This document shows positions 10,800-22,911 of a stretch of DNA of 32,000 nucleotides, piece after piece. The notes under the pieces are model-generated. The model was not told the DNA's origin and searched no databases. It worked only from the letters and a program-made list of their open reading frames with translations. Source of the stretch: Dickeya dadantii NCPPB 898 (GTDB taxonomy: Bacteria; Pseudomonadota; Gammaproteobacteria; Enterobacterales; Enterobacteriaceae); the NCBI RefSeq assembly GCF_000406145.1, contig NZ_CM001976.1:4087472-4119471 (forward strand). Reading direction: 5' to 3'. The number at the start of each line of letters is the position of its first letter. Position 1 is the first letter of the stretch. The position numbers and the translations under genes were made by a program.

Positions 10800-10836
10800 A
10801 AAATCAATTAATTAGAAACAGAAAAATATTTTCCTG

Positions 10837-11694
<858 letters not shown>

Positions 11695-11898
11695 TTATCA
11701 GGTTAACCAGCCCGGCCCAGGGCCGCCAGCCGAAAACGCCAATAATTAGAAATTTACGACAAAACAGCAGGGATATCAGTAAAAGCTATTTATTAGCCAG
11801 AGCCTCACGGCCGCCGCGATTATCCGCCGCCTGACGATTAAGCCGTACCCACCCGTATTCATGTCACTGGCGCAGCCCCGGCAGCGATGACGCACGGC

Positions 11899-12816
11899 TC
11901 AAGGCGCCAGCGCCAACACCTGCGCCACCCAGGCGCGGAAACCAGCCACATCCAGCGCTAACGCCACCTGCGCGTTGGCCGGGCGGCTCAGATGGTGTTG
12001 AAGATCCACCACCGTGGTGCCCGCGGTATACTCGCCGCGGGTTTCCACCGCCACAAAGCAGTGCTGCAGGGTAAACAACGCCGGTTGCACCAGATAAGCA
12101 ATAGCGCATAGATCATGCATACGCAAACCGGTCGCCATGCTGCCGCTGCGGTAGTGACTGAACAACGCATGAAGCATGGCACCGGTCCGGTTAAGCCCCG
12201 GCAACGCTTCCAGATAATCCGGCGCCAGCACCGCATTGTTGGTAACGTCCAGACCACACATCACGATGTCGATTCCGCTGTCGAACACTCGTGCCGCCGC
12301 TTCCGGATCAATCGCGATATTGAATTCCGCATTCGGCGTAAAGTTGCCGCGCCCTGACGAACCGCCCATCATTACCAGACGTTTAATACTGCTTTTACAC
12401 TGCGGGTATTGGGTCAGCAGCAATGCGATATTGGTGAGCGGCCCGATGGTGACCAGCGTCACCGGCTCGGGGCTGCTGCTCAGGCATTGATACATCGCCT
12501 GCACCGCGGGCTTTTCCAGCGCTACCCGGTCATGCGCCACAAAGTCATACCCCGCCATCCCGGACTCACCGTGGACGTAAGCCGCGTCACGCAACGCGCG
12601 CGCCAGCGGCGTCGCCGCCCCTTGTGCAACCGGCACCGTCGAGCCCCAAAAATGCAGCAGTTGCAGCGCGTTGCGGGTGGTTTTTTCCACATCCACGTTT
12701 CCCGCTACCGTGGTGATGAGCTTCAGCTCCAGTTCAGGAGCAAATAAGGCGGCGGCGATAGCAACGGCATCGTCAATACCCGGGTCGGTATCCAGAATAA
12801 TCGGGATTCGCTTCAT
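11899..12816 (-). CDS. rihC: Non-specific ribonucleoside hydrolase
   Basis: From the ATG at 12816 the product reads [41 protein letters not shown]…, matching recalled E. coli RihC (about 304 aa). A GGGAGA Shine-Dalgarno lies upstream. The ORF-track start at 12870 adds 18 non-homologous residues. Confidence 0.9.
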   Translation of the reverse strand: MKRIPIILDTDPGIDDAVAIAAALFAPELELKLITTVAGNVDVEKTTRNALQLLHFWGSTVPVAQGAATPLARALRDAAYVHGESGMAGYDFVAHDRVALEKPAVQAMYQCLSSSPEPVTLVTIGPLTNIALLLTQYPQCKSSIKRLVMMGGSSGRGNFTPNAEFNIAIDPEAAARVFDSGIDIVMCGLDVTNNAVLAPDYLEALPGLNRTGAMLHALFSHYRSGSMATGLRMHDLCAIAYLVQPALFTLQHCFVAVETRGEYTAGTTVVDLQHHLSRPANAQVALALDVAGFRAWVAQVLALAP

Positions 12817-12888
12817 GATCTTTCTCCCAAAAAAATGCCAGGCGATTTTCATCGTCTGGCATCTTCTCATAATGACAAGGCGAACGTG

Positions 12889-13839
12889 TTATTCCACTTC
12901 ACGAACGTCCATACGCAGTTCCTTCGGCACTTCAAACACGATGTTCTCTTCGCGCCCCTGCATCTCCATCGCGATCTGTCCGCCCATGCTCTGCAGGCGT
13001 TTGATCACCTGCTGAACCAGCACGTCCGGCGCGGAAGCTCCAGCCGTTACCCCGACACAGGCGACACTCTTCAGCCACCCTTCCTGAATATCATCAGCGG
13101 AATCAATCAGGTAAGACGGTTTACCGACGCGCTGAGCCAGCTCTGCCAGGCGATTGGAATTGGACGAGTTTTTCGAGCCGACCACCAGCACCACGCTGGC
13201 TTCGGCCGCCAGATTACGCACCGCTTCCTGACGGTTGGTGGTCGCGTAGCAAATATCGTCTTTGCGCGGCCCGACAATCTGCGGGAAACGCGCCCGCAGC
13301 GCATCGATCACCGCCGACGTATCGTCCACCGACAACGTGGTCTGGGTCATGAAACAGAGGTTGGATTCGTCTTTCACCTGCAGCGCCCAGACGTCCTCGG
13401 GACCTTCCACCAGATACATACCGCCGTTCGGGTTGTTGTACTGGCCCATGGTGCCTTCCACTTCAGGATGCCCGGCATGGCCGATCAGGATCGCCTCCGT
13501 TCCCTTACGGCTGGCGCGCGCCACTTCCATATGCACTTTGGTCACCAGCGGGCAGGTGGCATCGAAGACGGTCAGTTCCCGGCTTTTGGCTTCCGCCCGC
13601 ACCGCCTGCGAGACGCCGTGAGCGGAAAAAATCAGAATGGCGCCATCCGGTACATCTTCGATTTGCTCGATGAAGATAGCGCCGCGCTCGCGCAACCCTT
13701 CCACCACATAGCGGTTATGTACCACTTCATGACGGACGTAAATCGGCGCGCCGTAGACTTCCAGCGCCCGCTCGACAATGCTGATGGCGCGGTCGACGCC
13801 AGCGCAAAATCCACGCGGATTAGCCAGCAGGATTTTCAT
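12889..13839 (-). CDS. ispH: 4-hydroxy-3-methylbut-2-enyl diphosphate reductase
   Basis: From the ATG at 13839 the product reads [23 protein letters not shown]…. It is 316 aa and collinear with recalled E. coli IspH. The ORF-track start at 14034 is an in-frame extension through fkpB. Confidence 0.95.
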   Translation of the reverse strand: MKILLANPRGFCAGVDRAISIVERALEVYGAPIYVRHEVVHNRYVVEGLRERGAIFIEQIEDVPDGAILIFSAHGVSQAVRAEAKSRELTVFDATCPLVTKVHMEVARASRKGTEAILIGHAGHPEVEGTMGQYNNPNGGMYLVEGPEDVWALQVKDESNLCFMTQTTLSVDDTSAVIDALRARFPQIVGPRKDDICYATTNRQEAVRNLAAEASVVLVVGSKNSSNSNRLAELAQRVGKPSYLIDSADDIQEGWLKSVACVGVTAGASAPDVLVQQVIKRLQSMGGQIAMEMQGREENIVFEVPKELRMDVREVE

Positions 13840-14293
13840 GCGTTGCCTCCGCTGAAGGGGGATGAATCTCCAGTACTTCCACGTCAAAGGTGATGGTGTG
13901 CCCGGCCAGCGGATGGTTGAAATCCACCGTAACCGACTCTTCCGCCACCTCGCGAATGATGCCCGGCATATCGTTACCGGCCATGCCGCTGAACAGCATG
14001 ATGGTGCCCACGTCGGGCACCCCGGTCTGCGCAAAGTCGCGGCGCAGGAAGAACTGGATCAAGTCCGGATTCGAGGGACCGAACGTAGACTCCGGCGGCA
14101 GACTGAACTGGCGCCTGTCGCCAACCCGCAGGTCCAGCAACTGAGCCTCCAGCGCCGCCGACAGGCTGCCGTCGCCCAACCGGAACATCGCCGGCTTACC
14201 GCTTTCGCGCGTCGATTCCGCCACGGAACCGTCTTCCAGCATCAGCGCAAAATGCACCAGCACTTCACAACCGTTTGTCACCCATTCCGTCAT
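13820..14293 (-). CDS. fkpB: FKBP-type peptidyl-prolyl cis-trans isomerase
   Basis: …VLVHF.L.L.DG..AESTR..GKPA.FRLGD.SLS…[19 protein letters not shown] matches recalled E. coli FkpB/SlpA. It lies between lspA and ispH and overlaps the ispH start by 20 nt. Confidence 0.9.
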   Translation of the reverse strand: MTEWVTNGCEVLVHFALMLEDGSVAESTRESGKPAMFRLGDGSLSAALEAQLLDLRVGDRRQFSLPPESTFGPSNPDLIQFFLRRDFAQTGVPDVGTIMLFSGMAGNDMPGIIREVAEESVTVDFNHPLAGHTITFDVEVLEIHPPSAEATHENPAG

Positions 14294-14296
14294 GCG

Positions 14297-14803
14297 TTAT
14301 TTACCTTCCGCCTGCTTTTTTTGCGGAGAAGCCAGAAACCCCTCCAGCACAATCAGCAGTGCGCCGACCACAATCGCGCTATCCGCCAGATTAAACGTCG
14401 GGTAATGCCAGTTGCCGACATAAAAATCCAGAAAATCGATCACATAACCATGCACCAGTCGATCGGCCAGATTGCCGATCGCGCCGCCGATAATCAGCGA
14501 ATACGCAATATTATTCAGCTTCTGGCTGGCGCTGGAGCGATGCATCATCGCCAGCAGCGCCACAATAATCACCAACGCGATTACGGCAAACAGCCAGCGC
14601 TGCCAGCCGCCTTTGTCCGCCAGGAAGCTGAACGCCGCGCCATAGTTATGAGCGTAGGTAAAATTGAAGAATGGCACCAGCGGTACCGATTCGCCCAGCT
14701 GAAAGTGGGTCATCACCCACTGTTTGCTGCCCAAATCGACCACCAGTACCAGTGCAGCCAGCCACAGCCAGCGCAGACCCGTTGCTCCAGTAGATTTACT
14801 CAT
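14297..14803 (-). CDS. lspA: Lipoprotein signal peptidase (signal peptidase II)
   Basis: 168-aa membrane protein with the [18 protein letters not shown] and FNLADSAI motifs. Its start overlaps the ileS stop (TGATG). Confidence 0.95.
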   Translation of the reverse strand: MSKSTGATGLRWLWLAALVLVVDLGSKQWVMTHFQLGESVPLVPFFNFTYAHNYGAAFSFLADKGGWQRWLFAVIALVIIVALLAMMHRSSASQKLNNIAYSLIIGGAIGNLADRLVHGYVIDFLDFYVGNWHYPTFNLADSAIVVGALLIVLEGFLASPQKKQAEGK

Positions 14804-17628
14804 CAGACAAATTTACGCTCTTCGCCATTGCCGCCAACATTGGTCGCACAGCGACCACACACATCCGGATGCGCGGCATCGCTGCCGATATCCGTTTCAT
14901 AGTGCCAACAACGCGGGCATTTCTCCCCGTCGGCCTTACTAAGGACAACTTTCAGACCCGGTAATTCACTCTGCTGGGCATCCGCCGGCGCATTTTCGTC
15001 ATGTTCCAGACGCGCCCTGGAGGTTAACAAGGCAAAGTGCAGTTCGCCCTGCAGGCTGCTGAGCTTCGCAAACAGCGTGTCGTCGGCATACAACGTTACC
15101 GCCGCTTCCAGAGAACCACCGATGCGCTTGTCGTTACGCGCCTGTTCGATCACTTTGTTCACTTCACCGCGTACATTCAGCATGTCGGTCCAGAAAGCAT
15201 CGTTCATCGGCTCGCTGTCCGCCAGTCCGAACAAACCGTCATACCACTCTTCGGTGAAGACATACTGCGCGCGCTCACCCGGCAGGTAGGCCCAGATCTC
15301 ATCCGCGGTAAAGGAGAGAATCGGCGCCATCCAGCGCACCAGCGCTTCGGCGATATGGAACAGCGCGGTCTGGCAGCTGCGACGCGCCACGCTATCGTGT
15401 TTCGCGGTGTACTGACGGTCCTTGATGATATCCAGATAGAACGACCCCATCTCGATGGAGCAGAACTGCATCAAACGCTGGACCACACGGTGGAAATCGT
15501 AGCTCTCGTAAGCCTCGACGATCTCGTCCTGCGCGGCTTTAGCGCAGCCCACCGCCCAGCGATCCAGCACCACCATATCTTCCGGTTTCACGCTGTGCTG
15601 CGCCGGGTCGAAACCGTTCAGGTTGGCCAGCAGGAAACGCGCGGTGTTGCGGATACGGCGATAGGCATCGGCGGAACGCTTGAGGATCTCGTCGGACACC
15701 GCGATCTCGCCGGAGTAGTCGGTAGAACCGATCCACAGGCGCAGAATATCCGCGCCCAGTTTATCCATCACGTCCTGCGGGCTGACGGTGTTGCCGATGG
15801 ATTTCGACATCTTGCGGCCCTGGCCGTCCACGGTGAAGCCGTGGGTCAGTACCTGACGGTACGGCGCCTTGCCTTTGATGGCGGTAGAAATCATCAGCGA
15901 AGACATGAACCAGCCGCGATGCTGGTCGGAACCTTCCAGATACATGTCCGCCGCGTGACCGCTGAATTCCGGACGCACATCCACCACTGATGCGTGGGTT
16001 GATCCGGAATCGAACCACACATCCAGCGTATCCGGCACTTTTTCGTACTCGGCGGCGTCCGCACCCAGCAGGTCAGCCGGGTTCAAATCCCACCATGCCT
16101 GAATACCGTCCTGTTCGACGCGCTTAGCCACCGCTTCGATCAGTTCGGTGGTACGCGGGTGCAACGCCTGCGTCTCTTTGTGCACGAACAACGACATCGG
16201 CACGCCCCAGGTACGCTGACGGGAAATGCACCAGTCAGGACGGTTCGCCACCATGGATTCGATACGCGCCTGACCCCAGTCCGGGATCCACTGCACGCCC
16301 TTGATTTCGGACAGCGACTGTTTACGCAGGCCGTTCTGGTCCATGCTCACGAACCACTGCGGCGTGGCGCGGAACAGGATCGGCGATTTATGACGCCAGC
16401 AGCACGGATAGCTGTGCTGCAATTTTTCATCATGCAGCAGCGCGCCGCGCTCACGCAGCAGCTCGACAATCTTGTCGTTGGCTTTGAACACGAACAGGCC
16501 ATCCAGCCCCGGGAACGTGCCCGGCAGGAAACAACCGTTCGGTCCGACCGGGTTAGCGATTTCCAGTTGGTATTTCTGGCTGATGACATAGTCGTCAGGG
16601 CCGTGACCACCGGCGGTATGTACCGCACCGGTACCGGCGTCCAGCGTAACGTGATCGCCCAGAATGGCAGGCACGTCGAAATCCATGAACGGATGGCGGA
16701 AACGCAGCAGTTCCAGATCGCTGCCTTTGACGGTATGACCCAGACGGGTGCTGGCGTCGCTCCCGGCCACGCGTTTAGCGACCGCGTCGGCCAGCCCTTC
16801 GGCAACGATGATGGCTTTGCCGGCCACCTGAATCAGCGCATAGTCAAACTCGGCGTTCAGTGAGATGGCGCGGTTGGCCGGCAACGTCCAGGGGGTGGTG
16901 GTCCAGATGACCAGCGCGACATCGCCGTTTACCGCATCGGCGGCCAGGCCGAATTTCGCCAGCACCGCCGCGCGATCGACCGCGTTGAACGCCACATCAA
17001 TCGCCGGAGAGGTTTTGTCGTAATACTCTACTTCCGCTTCCGCCAACGCGGAACCGCAGTCGGCGCACCAGTGCACCGGCTTGGCGCCCTTGTGCAGATG
17101 GCCATTTTCGATGATGCGGCCCAGTGCGCGAATAATGTTGGCTTCGGTTTTGAAATCCATCGTCAGGTAGGGGCGATCCCAATCGCCCAGCACGCCCAGA
17201 CGGATGAAATCTTTTTTCTGTCCGGCAACCTGCTCGGCGGCATACTTGCGGCACTCTTCACGGAACTGCGCGGCGCTGACCTTCTCGCCCGGCTTGCCCA
17301 CCAGTTGTTCTACTTTCAGTTCGATCGGCAGGCCGTGGCAGTCCCAACCCGGCACGTACGGCGAGTCATAACCAGACAGACCTTTGGACTTGATAATAAT
17401 GTCTTTGAGAATCTTGTTAACCGAGTGACCAATGTGAATATTGCCGTTCGCATACGGCGGGCCATCGTGAAGGATAAAGGTTTTTTTACCCTTCTTGGCG
17501 CCACGAATAATCCCGTACAAATCCTGTTCATACCAACGTTTCAGCATGTCAGGTTCGCGCTTGGCCAAATCGCCACGCATCGGGAACCCTGTTTCCGGCA
17601 AATTCAGGGTAGTTTTATAGTCACTCAT
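14803..17628 (-). CDS. ileS: Isoleucine--tRNA ligase
   Basis: 941-aa ORF with the class I motifs HIGH ([11 protein letters not shown]) and KMSKS, plus a C-terminal Zn-binding CPRCW…CGRC. Confidence 0.98.
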   Translation of the reverse strand: MSDYKTTLNLPETGFPMRGDLAKREPDMLKRWYEQDLYGIIRGAKKGKKTFILHDGPPYANGNIHIGHSVNKILKDIIIKSKGLSGYDSPYVPGWDCHGLPIELKVEQLVGKPGEKVSAAQFREECRKYAAEQVAGQKKDFIRLGVLGDWDRPYLTMDFKTEANIIRALGRIIENGHLHKGAKPVHWCADCGSALAEAEVEYYDKTSPAIDVAFNAVDRAAVLAKFGLAADAVNGDVALVIWTTTPWTLPANRAISLNAEFDYALIQVAGKAIIVAEGLADAVAKRVAGSDASTRLGHTVKGSDLELLRFRHPFMDFDVPAILGDHVTLDAGTGAVHTAGGHGPDDYVISQKYQLEIANPVGPNGCFLPGTFPGLDGLFVFKANDKIVELLRERGALLHDEKLQHSYPCCWRHKSPILFRATPQWFVSMDQNGLRKQSLSEIKGVQWIPDWGQARIESMVANRPDWCISRQRTWGVPMSLFVHKETQALHPRTTELIEAVAKRVEQDGIQAWWDLNPADLLGADAAEYEKVPDTLDVWFDSGSTHASVVDVRPEFSGHAADMYLEGSDQHRGWFMSSLMISTAIKGKAPYRQVLTHGFTVDGQGRKMSKSIGNTVSPQDVMDKLGADILRLWIGSTDYSGEIAVSDEILKRSADAYRRIRNTARFLLANLNGFDPAQHSVKPEDMVVLDRWAVGCAKAAQDEIVEAYESYDFHRVVQRLMQFCSIEMGSFYLDIIKDRQYTAKHDSVARRSCQTALFHIAEALVRWMAPILSFTADEIWAYLPGERAQYVFTEEWYDGLFGLADSEPMNDAFWTDMLNVRGEVNKVIEQARNDKRIGGSLEAAVTLYADDTLFAKLSSLQGELHFALLTSRARLEHDENAPADAQQSELPGLKVVLSKADGEKCPRCWHYETDIGSDAAHPDVCGRCATNVGGNGEERKFV

Positions 17629-17662
17629 TCGCTTCTCGATTTCGTTTTCGGCTAGAGAAAAA

Positions 17663-18604
17663 TTAAACCGGTGCCTTCAACCCGAAGAACTCACGGGCGG
17701 CCACCACATCGTTGGCGATTTGCTGCTTCAGCGCATCCAGCGAAGCAAACCGCTGCTCACTACGTAATTTTTTACACATCACCACATCTATATGTCGGCC
17801 ATACAGATCCAGTGCCACATCCAGTAGATGCACTTCCAGTTGCTGGCGTTTGTCGCCGTTCACCGTCGGGCGGGTGCCGATATTGGCCACGCCGGGCAAC
17901 GGCGCGTCGCCCAGCCCGTACACCTGAACCGCATACACGCCGCTGACAGGCGATACCTGGCGTTTGAGAGGCAGGTTGGCCGTTGGAAAACCGATAGTGC
18001 GCCCCAGCTCATTGCCGTGCACCACCCGACCAGAAATACTGAACGGATGCCCCAGCAGTTCCTCCGCCAGCGCCAGGTTGTCCTGCGCCAGCGCTTCACG
18101 CACGGCGGTGCTGCTCACCCGCTTGCCGCTGCTACAGAAGGTGGTGGTGCTGATCACCTCGAAATTCTGCTCGGCGCCGGCTTTCTGTAATAACAGGAAA
18201 TCCCCCTCCCGGCCAGCCCCGAAGCGGAAGTCATCTCCCACGACCAGAAACTTCACCCCCAGTTTTTCCACCAGCAGACTGGAGATAAAGGTATTGGCAT
18301 GGTTAGCGGCAAAGCCGGCGTCAAAGGTTACGCACAGCAGGTAATCCACGCCGGCCTGCGCCAGATATTTCACTTTGTCGCGCAGGCGGGTCAGTCGTGC
18401 CGGCGCTTTCTCCGGGGCAAACAGTTCCAGCGGCTGAGGTTCGAAAATCATCACCATCACCGGCAACCCGCGCGCCTGCCCTTCCTGCTTCAGGCGTTCG
18501 AGCAGTGCCTGATGTCCGCGGTGGACACCGTCAAAGTTACCAATAGTTAGCACACAGCCGTAATGGCAGGCCTGGAGATTGTGTATACCGCGAATTAGCT
18601 GCAT
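17663..18604 (-). CDS. ribF: Bifunctional riboflavin kinase / FMN adenylyltransferase
   Basis: 313-aa ORF beginning [10 protein letters not shown]…[17 protein letters not shown]. It sits upstream of ileS, as in E. coli. Confidence 0.95.
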   Translation of the reverse strand: MQLIRGIHNLQACHYGCVLTIGNFDGVHRGHQALLERLKQEGQARGLPVMVMIFEPQPLELFAPEKAPARLTRLRDKVKYLAQAGVDYLLCVTFDAGFAANHANTFISSLLVEKLGVKFLVVGDDFRFGAGREGDFLLLQKAGAEQNFEVISTTTFCSSGKRVSSTAVREALAQDNLALAEELLGHPFSISGRVVHGNELGRTIGFPTANLPLKRQVSPVSGVYAVQVYGLGDAPLPGVANIGTRPTVNGDKRQQLEVHLLDVALDLYGRHIDVVMCKKLRSEQRFASLDALKQQIANDVVAAREFFGLKAPV

Positions 18605-18924
18605 AACTGGCTCAAAACAGTGGAAATCGGCGGATTATACCTTGTACAGCGAGCAAGGTTAACCCGCGATTCATGCCTTTTGTTGCCGGCTCGGCGGATT
18701 TCGGCGTCCCGCTCCGATGAGAATTTTTCATAATACCGGAAATCGGGCGCCTCGTCGGGCGCGCGGCTTTTAACCCGTAATCAAACGCTTGACGCGACAA
18801 AGGCGGCAAAGGGTGAATTTATGACGCGAAAGGCTGTATTCCCGACGCTTAAGCTGTTAAAATCCCGCGCCATCACAACGTAACAAGCGCTGGCGTACAA
18901 ACGGCGCTTATTTGCACAAATCCA

Positions 18925-18953
18925 TTGACAAAAGAAGGCTAAAAGGGCATATT
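18925..18953 (+). promoter_or_regulatory. Candidate sigma70 promoter for rpsT (proximal)
   Basis: TTGACA (18925-18930), a 17-bp spacer, then CATATT (18948-18953), about 45 nt upstream of the rpsT TTG start. Sequence pattern only. Confidence 0.4.
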
Positions 18954-19001
18954 CCTCGGCCTTTGAATTGTCCTCGATAGAATATATTTGGGAGTTGGAC
19001 C

Positions 19002-19265
19002 TTGGCTAATATCAAATCAGCTAAGAAACGCGCCGTACAGTCTGAGAAGCGCCGCAAGCACAATGCAAGCCGTCGCTCCATGATGCGTACTTTCATCAAG
19101 AAAGTGTATGCGGCCATCGCCAGCGGCGATAAAGAATCTGCGCAGAAAGCATTTAATGACATGCAACCGATCGTGGATCGTCAGGCCAGCAAAGGTCTGA
19201 TCCACAAAAACAAAGCTGCTCGTCATAAATCCAATCTGACTGCGCAGATCAACGCGATGCAATAA
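19002..19265 (+). CDS. rpsT: 30S ribosomal protein S20, TTG start
   Basis: [39 protein letters not shown]… matches recalled E. coli S20. The start codon is TTG at 19002, with GGAG 8 nt upstream, as known for E. coli rpsT. Confidence 0.95.
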   Translation: MANIKSAKKRAVQSEKRRKHNASRRSMMRTFIKKVYAAIASGDKESAQKAFNDMQPIVDRQASKGLIHKNKAARHKSNLTAQINAMQ

Positions 19266-19293
19266 TCACGTTTACGTGATTAATCGCTGAAGA

Positions 19294-19317
19294 AACCGGC
19301 TCAGGCCGGTTTTTTTG
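19294..19317 (+). terminator. rpsT rho-independent terminator (also faces the nhaR 3' end)
   Basis: AACCGGC-TCAG-GCCGGTT followed by TTTTTT. A second small hairpin, AATCACG-TTTA-CGTGATT, sits at 19264-19281 directly after the stop. Confidence 0.75.
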
Positions 19318-19342
19318 TGTCTGAAAAACGACGAAAATCGGT

Positions 19343-20233
19343 TCATTCTCGAAACAGCAAAGAGAAATCCTCGTTGCACACGCGCTGCACCGCCGGATGT
19401 TGGATCATCCGCTCTGCGAAGATGACGTAATATTCATCCTGAATGTTGTCGAGGCGGCCGAGTTCCATCATCTCGCCCTGCGCGGCCATCTCACGGGCAT
19501 GCAGCGACGGCGCGACAAAAATCGCGTCATGGCCCATGCCGAAAGCGGTCATCAGCGCTGCGTCGTCAAACTCCCCCATGATCTCCACCGGCAGGCTCTG
19601 TTCGTTAAACCAGTTGAGCAATTTGCGGCCCAGCATGGTGCGACGAGCCGGGATCAACAGTTTTCGCTGCGACAAACAAGCGGGAAAAGGCAGGTTTGGC
19701 CCCGGCCGACGACAGTAAAAACTCACGCCGCACTCGCCGAGCTTACGGGAAAACAGCCCCGCCTGCTGGCCGGAGTCGACCGGACAATCCGACAGGATCA
19801 TGTCCAGCTTATGCTGACTCAACTGCTCGATCAGCATCTCATGGGTAGACTCGAAACAGCGCAGGTGAATTGGCGTCTGTTCATTCACCACCGTTTCCAG
19901 CACCCGGCTCACCAGCCGTTTGGACAAGGCATCCGCAACGCCGACATCAAACAGCAGACTAGACTCCTTGCGATAATTGACGATATCCAGCATTTCCTGG
20001 CTCAGCGCAAACATCTTGTCCGCATAACGAAACACCAGTTGCCCCAGCTCGGTTGGCTCCAGGCCACGCCCTTTACGTTTGAACAACTTGCCCTGCAAAC
20101 GTTCTTCCAGCGACTTGATCTGCCCGGTAATCGTCTGCGGCGTCAGGAACAACCGTTCGGCGGCGCCCGCCACCGAACCGGTCTTGCACACCTGCCAAAA
20201 ATAATAGAGATGATTGAAGTTGATGTGCGACAT
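19343..20233 (-). CDS. nhaR: LysR-family transcriptional activator of nhaA
   Basis: [64 protein letters not shown]… is collinear with recalled E. coli NhaR. It lies directly downstream of nhaA. Confidence 0.92.
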   Translation of the reverse strand: MSHINFNHLYYFWQVCKTGSVAGAAERLFLTPQTITGQIKSLEERLQGKLFKRKGRGLEPTELGQLVFRYADKMFALSQEMLDIVNYRKESSLLFDVGVADALSKRLVSRVLETVVNEQTPIHLRCFESTHEMLIEQLSQHKLDMILSDCPVDSGQQAGLFSRKLGECGVSFYCRRPGPNLPFPACLSQRKLLIPARRTMLGRKLLNWFNEQSLPVEIMGEFDDAALMTAFGMGHDAIFVAPSLHAREMAAQGEMMELGRLDNIQDEYYVIFAERMIQHPAVQRVCNEDFSLLFRE

Positions 20234-20264
20234 GCCATCGTTCCCCTTGCTTCTCGTGCGCGCC

Positions 20265-21440
20265 TCAGCGTTGTGCGGCAGGCAATACCGAACGTAACGT
20301 CAGGTAGCCCAGCACCGCCGTCGTGAGCGACGTCAGCAAAATCGCCAGTTTGGCGTACAGGATGTCCTGCGCCGACACCTCGCCAAACGCCAGTAGCGTA
20401 ATGAAGATAGACATGGTGAACCCGATGCCGCACAGCACCGACACCGCCATCACCTGACGGAAATCCACGCCGCTCGGCAATTTACCCAGCCCCAGTCGAA
20501 TCACCAGCCAGCTAAACAGCGACACGCCAATCGGTTTACCCAGCAGTAATCCGCTGGCGATACCCAGCGTCAATGGCGACAGCAAATGCCCCACGGCGAC
20601 GCCTTGCAACGAAATGCCGGCGTTGGCGAAGGCAAACAATGGGATCACCAGAAATGCGATCCAGCTTGCCAGGCCGTGTTCCAGCGCACTGGCGGGCGAA
20701 GGGTTACCTGCCGGAACACGCAGCGGAATAAAGAAACCGACGATCACCCCGGCCAGCGTGGCATGCACACCGGATTTCAAAATGCAGACCCATAACACTA
20801 TCCCGACCAGTAGATAGGCAGAGGTTTTCATCACCTGCTGGTGATTCATGTACGCCAGCACAGCAATCGCCGCTAGTGCGCCCGACAGCGCCACCCAGTG
20901 CAATTGCTGAGTGTAGAACAGCGCGATAATTACGATCGCGCCCAGATCGTCAATGATCGCCAGCGCCAGCAGAAACACCTTCAGCCCTGCCGGCACTCGT
21001 TTGCCCAGCAGCACCAGAATGCCGACCGCAAAAGCGATATCCGTCGCGGTGGGGATCGCCCAGCCGGATCGGGTTTCCGCGTCAGCGGCGTTAAACAACA
21101 GGAAAAACAGCGCGGGAACCAGCATCCCGCCAAAGGCCGCCACCACCGGCAGTATCGCCTGTCGCCGGCTCGCCAACGCGCCGACCACCAGTTCGCGTTT
21201 GACTTCCAGACCGACCTGCAGGAAAAACAGCGCCATCAGGCCGTCATTGATCCACAACAGCAGCGGCTTGTTGATTTCCAGCGCGCCGATGCCCATCACC
21301 ACCGGTATCTCCAGAAAGGACTGATACCACGGCAATGTGGCCGGAATGTTGGCGACCAGCAGCGCCAGCAAGGTCGCGGCAATTAAAATCATGCCGGCGG
21401 CGGCTTCCAGCCCGGTCAGATAGCGGAACAGCTTTATCAC
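20265..21440 (-). CDS. nhaA: Na+/H+ antiporter NhaA, probable GTG start
   Basis: Collinear with recalled E. coli NhaA (…[18 protein letters not shown]…[16 protein letters not shown]…). The minus strand reads AAGGGAGAATAAACGTGATAAAG, so a strong Shine-Dalgarno lies 6 nt before GTG at 21440. That start aligns with E. coli MKHLHRFF. The ATG at 21461 used by the ORF track overlaps this Shine-Dalgarno. Confidence 0.88.
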   Translation of the reverse strand: MIKLFRYLTGLEAAAGMILIAATLLALLVANIPATLPWYQSFLEIPVVMGIGALEINKPLLLWINDGLMALFFLQVGLEVKRELVVGALASRRQAILPVVAAFGGMLVPALFFLLFNAADAETRSGWAIPTATDIAFAVGILVLLGKRVPAGLKVFLLALAIIDDLGAIVIIALFYTQQLHWVALSGALAAIAVLAYMNHQQVMKTSAYLLVGIVLWVCILKSGVHATLAGVIVGFFIPLRVPAGNPSPASALEHGLASWIAFLVIPLFAFANAGISLQGVAVGHLLSPLTLGIASGLLLGKPIGVSLFSWLVIRLGLGKLPSGVDFRQVMAVSVLCGIGFTMSIFITLLAFGEVSAQDILYAKLAILLTSLTTAVLGYLTLRSVLPAAQR

Positions 21441-21604
21441 GTTTATTCTCCCTTGCAGCATCGGCCTTAAATATCGGCCTTAAACATCATCGGCGGGCAT
21501 CACTGCCCAATAATGGATAGCAAGGTTAAGCCACACTACTCATCGTTAAAAGCAGTTTTAAACTGGATTAATACTCGAAAAAACCGAATCATCGAACGAT
21601 AGCA

Positions 21605-21640
21605 ACAAAAAAACCGGCCAGGATCAACCCGGCCGGTTTT
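21605..21640 (-). terminator. dnaJ rho-independent terminator
   Basis: The minus strand reads AACCGGCCGGGTTGATCCTGGCCGGTTTTTTTTG. This is an 8-bp GC stem followed by a T-run, about 30 nt after the dnaJ stop. Confidence 0.75.
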
Positions 21641-21667
21641 TATCGTACGTCACTGCGGCACTCAGGA

Positions 21668-22801
21668 TCAGCGCGTCAGGTCGTCAAAGAACTTCTTCAC
21701 GCCGTCGAAGAAACTTTTGGAACGTGGGCTGTTGCTTTCGCCTGTCGGGCCACCGAAGCTTTCCTGCAGTTCCTGCAACAGCTGTTTTTGACGATCGCTC
21801 AGGTTGACCGGGGTTTCTACTACCACCCGGCACAGCAGGTCGCCCTGCATACCGCCGCGTACCGACTTCACGCCTTTGCCGCGCATGCGGAACAGCTTGC
21901 CGGTTTGCGTTTCCGCCGGCACTTTCAACATCACGCGGCCATCCAGCGTCGGCACTTCAATTTCACCGCCCAACGCCGCCATGGCGAAGTTGATCGGCAC
22001 TTCACAGTAGAGGTTATTGTCTTCGCGCTGGAAGATCGGGTGCTCGCGTACCTGCACTTGTACGTACAGATCGCCAGCCGGGGCGCCAAATTCCCCTGCT
22101 TCCCCTTCACCCGCCAGGCGGATGCGATCGCCGGTGTCCACGCCGGCCGGGATCTTGACCGACAGCGTTTTGCTTTTCTCAACGCGCCCGTGACCATGAC
22201 ACTTCGTGCAAGGATCTTTGATGATCTTGCCGCGGCCATGACAGTGCGGACAGGTTTGCTGCACCGTGAAGAACCCCTGACGCATCTGCACCTGCCCGTT
22301 ACCGTGACAGGTTGGACAGGTCACCGCGCTGCTGCCCGGTCTGGCGCCGCTGCCATGACAAACATCGCATTCCTGTAGTGTCGGGATACGGATCTCTTTG
22401 GTGACGCCGCGTACCGCTTCTTCCAGCGTCAGCTCCATGGTGTAGCGTAAATCAGAGCCGCGACTCGCACGCTGACGGCGACCGCCGCCAAAGATATCAC
22501 CGAAAACGTCGCCGAAAATATCACCGAAATCAGCGCCGCCGAAACCACCTGCGCCACCGCCGCCCATACCGCCCTGCTCAAACGCGGCATGTCCATACTG
22601 ATCGTAGGCAGCGCGTTTCTGAGCATCGGTCAAAATCTCATAGGCTTCTTTGACTTCCTTAAATTTGGCCTCGGCGTCTTTGTCGCCCGGATTGCGATCC
22701 GGGTGATATTTCATCGCCAGCCGTTTGTAAGCCTTTTTGATTTCACGCTCATCTGCGTCTTTCGCAACGCCCAGAATCTCGTAGTAGTCTTGCTTCGCCA
22801 T
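21668..22801 (-). CDS. dnaJ: Molecular chaperone DnaJ (Hsp40)
   Basis: From the ATG at 22801 the product reads [12 protein letters not shown]…[16 protein letters not shown] (J domain), then a G/F-rich region and four CxxCxGxG zinc-finger repeats. It is 377 aa. The ORF-track start at 22873 is an upstream extension. Confidence 0.97.
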   Translation of the reverse strand: MAKQDYYEILGVAKDADEREIKKAYKRLAMKYHPDRNPGDKDAEAKFKEVKEAYEILTDAQKRAAYDQYGHAAFEQGGMGGGGAGGFGGADFGDIFGDVFGDIFGGGRRQRASRGSDLRYTMELTLEEAVRGVTKEIRIPTLQECDVCHGSGARPGSSAVTCPTCHGNGQVQMRQGFFTVQQTCPHCHGRGKIIKDPCTKCHGHGRVEKSKTLSVKIPAGVDTGDRIRLAGEGEAGEFGAPAGDLYVQVQVREHPIFQREDNNLYCEVPINFAMAALGGEIEVPTLDGRVMLKVPAETQTGKLFRMRGKGVKSVRGGMQGDLLCRVVVETPVNLSDRQKQLLQELQESFGGPTGESNSPRSKSFFDGVKKFFDDLTR

Positions 22802-22828
22802 TCTTTTTTTCCTGCCCTCAACATGCGT

Positions 22829-22860
22829 GCACGGGCGCAGAGTTTCCCCGACGCCCGTGC
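22829..22860 (-). promoter_or_regulatory. dnaK-dnaJ intercistronic stem-loop
   Basis: A 9-bp stem, GCACGGGCG/CGCCCGTGC, with a 14-nt loop lies in the 110-nt dnaK-dnaJ spacer. A structured spacer and a small RNA (tpke11) are reported at this position in E. coli. Function here is not established. Confidence 0.4.
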
Positions 22861-22911
22861 TGGTTGCCAGCAACAGTATGAGCTACCGCCACTGCGCCCG
22901 CTTAAGGGCGA

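Noticed and set aside
10556-10807. 83-aa hydrophobic ORF in the AT-rich dapB-carA intergenic region, considered as a possible small membrane protein or type I toxin
   Set aside because: Its start codon lies inside the dapB terminator hairpin. The hydrophobicity follows from T-rich sequence. The intergenic length (about 454 bp) matches the E. coli dapB-carA interval, which holds the large carAB P1/P2 nucleoprotein control region (PepA, IHF, PurR, RutR and ArgR sites). There is no Shine-Dalgarno.
13840-14034. N-terminal extensions in the ORF track: ispH to 14034, talB to 30597, dnaJ to 22873, rihC to 12870, the LysE-family gene from 5125, yjjB to 4292, mog to 27917
   Set aside because: The extensions have no homology to the respective families, and some run through upstream genes or intergenic regulatory DNA. 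Internal ATGs with Shine-Dalgarno sequences give products that match the recalled E. coli orthologues in length and N-terminal sequence.
18612-18809. 65-aa minus-strand ORF in the ribF-rpsT divergent region, at the position of the doubtful E. coli yaaY
   Set aside because: It has no Shine-Dalgarno and a basic, low-complexity product. The region is expected to hold the rpsT and ribF promoters. There is no support beyond being open.
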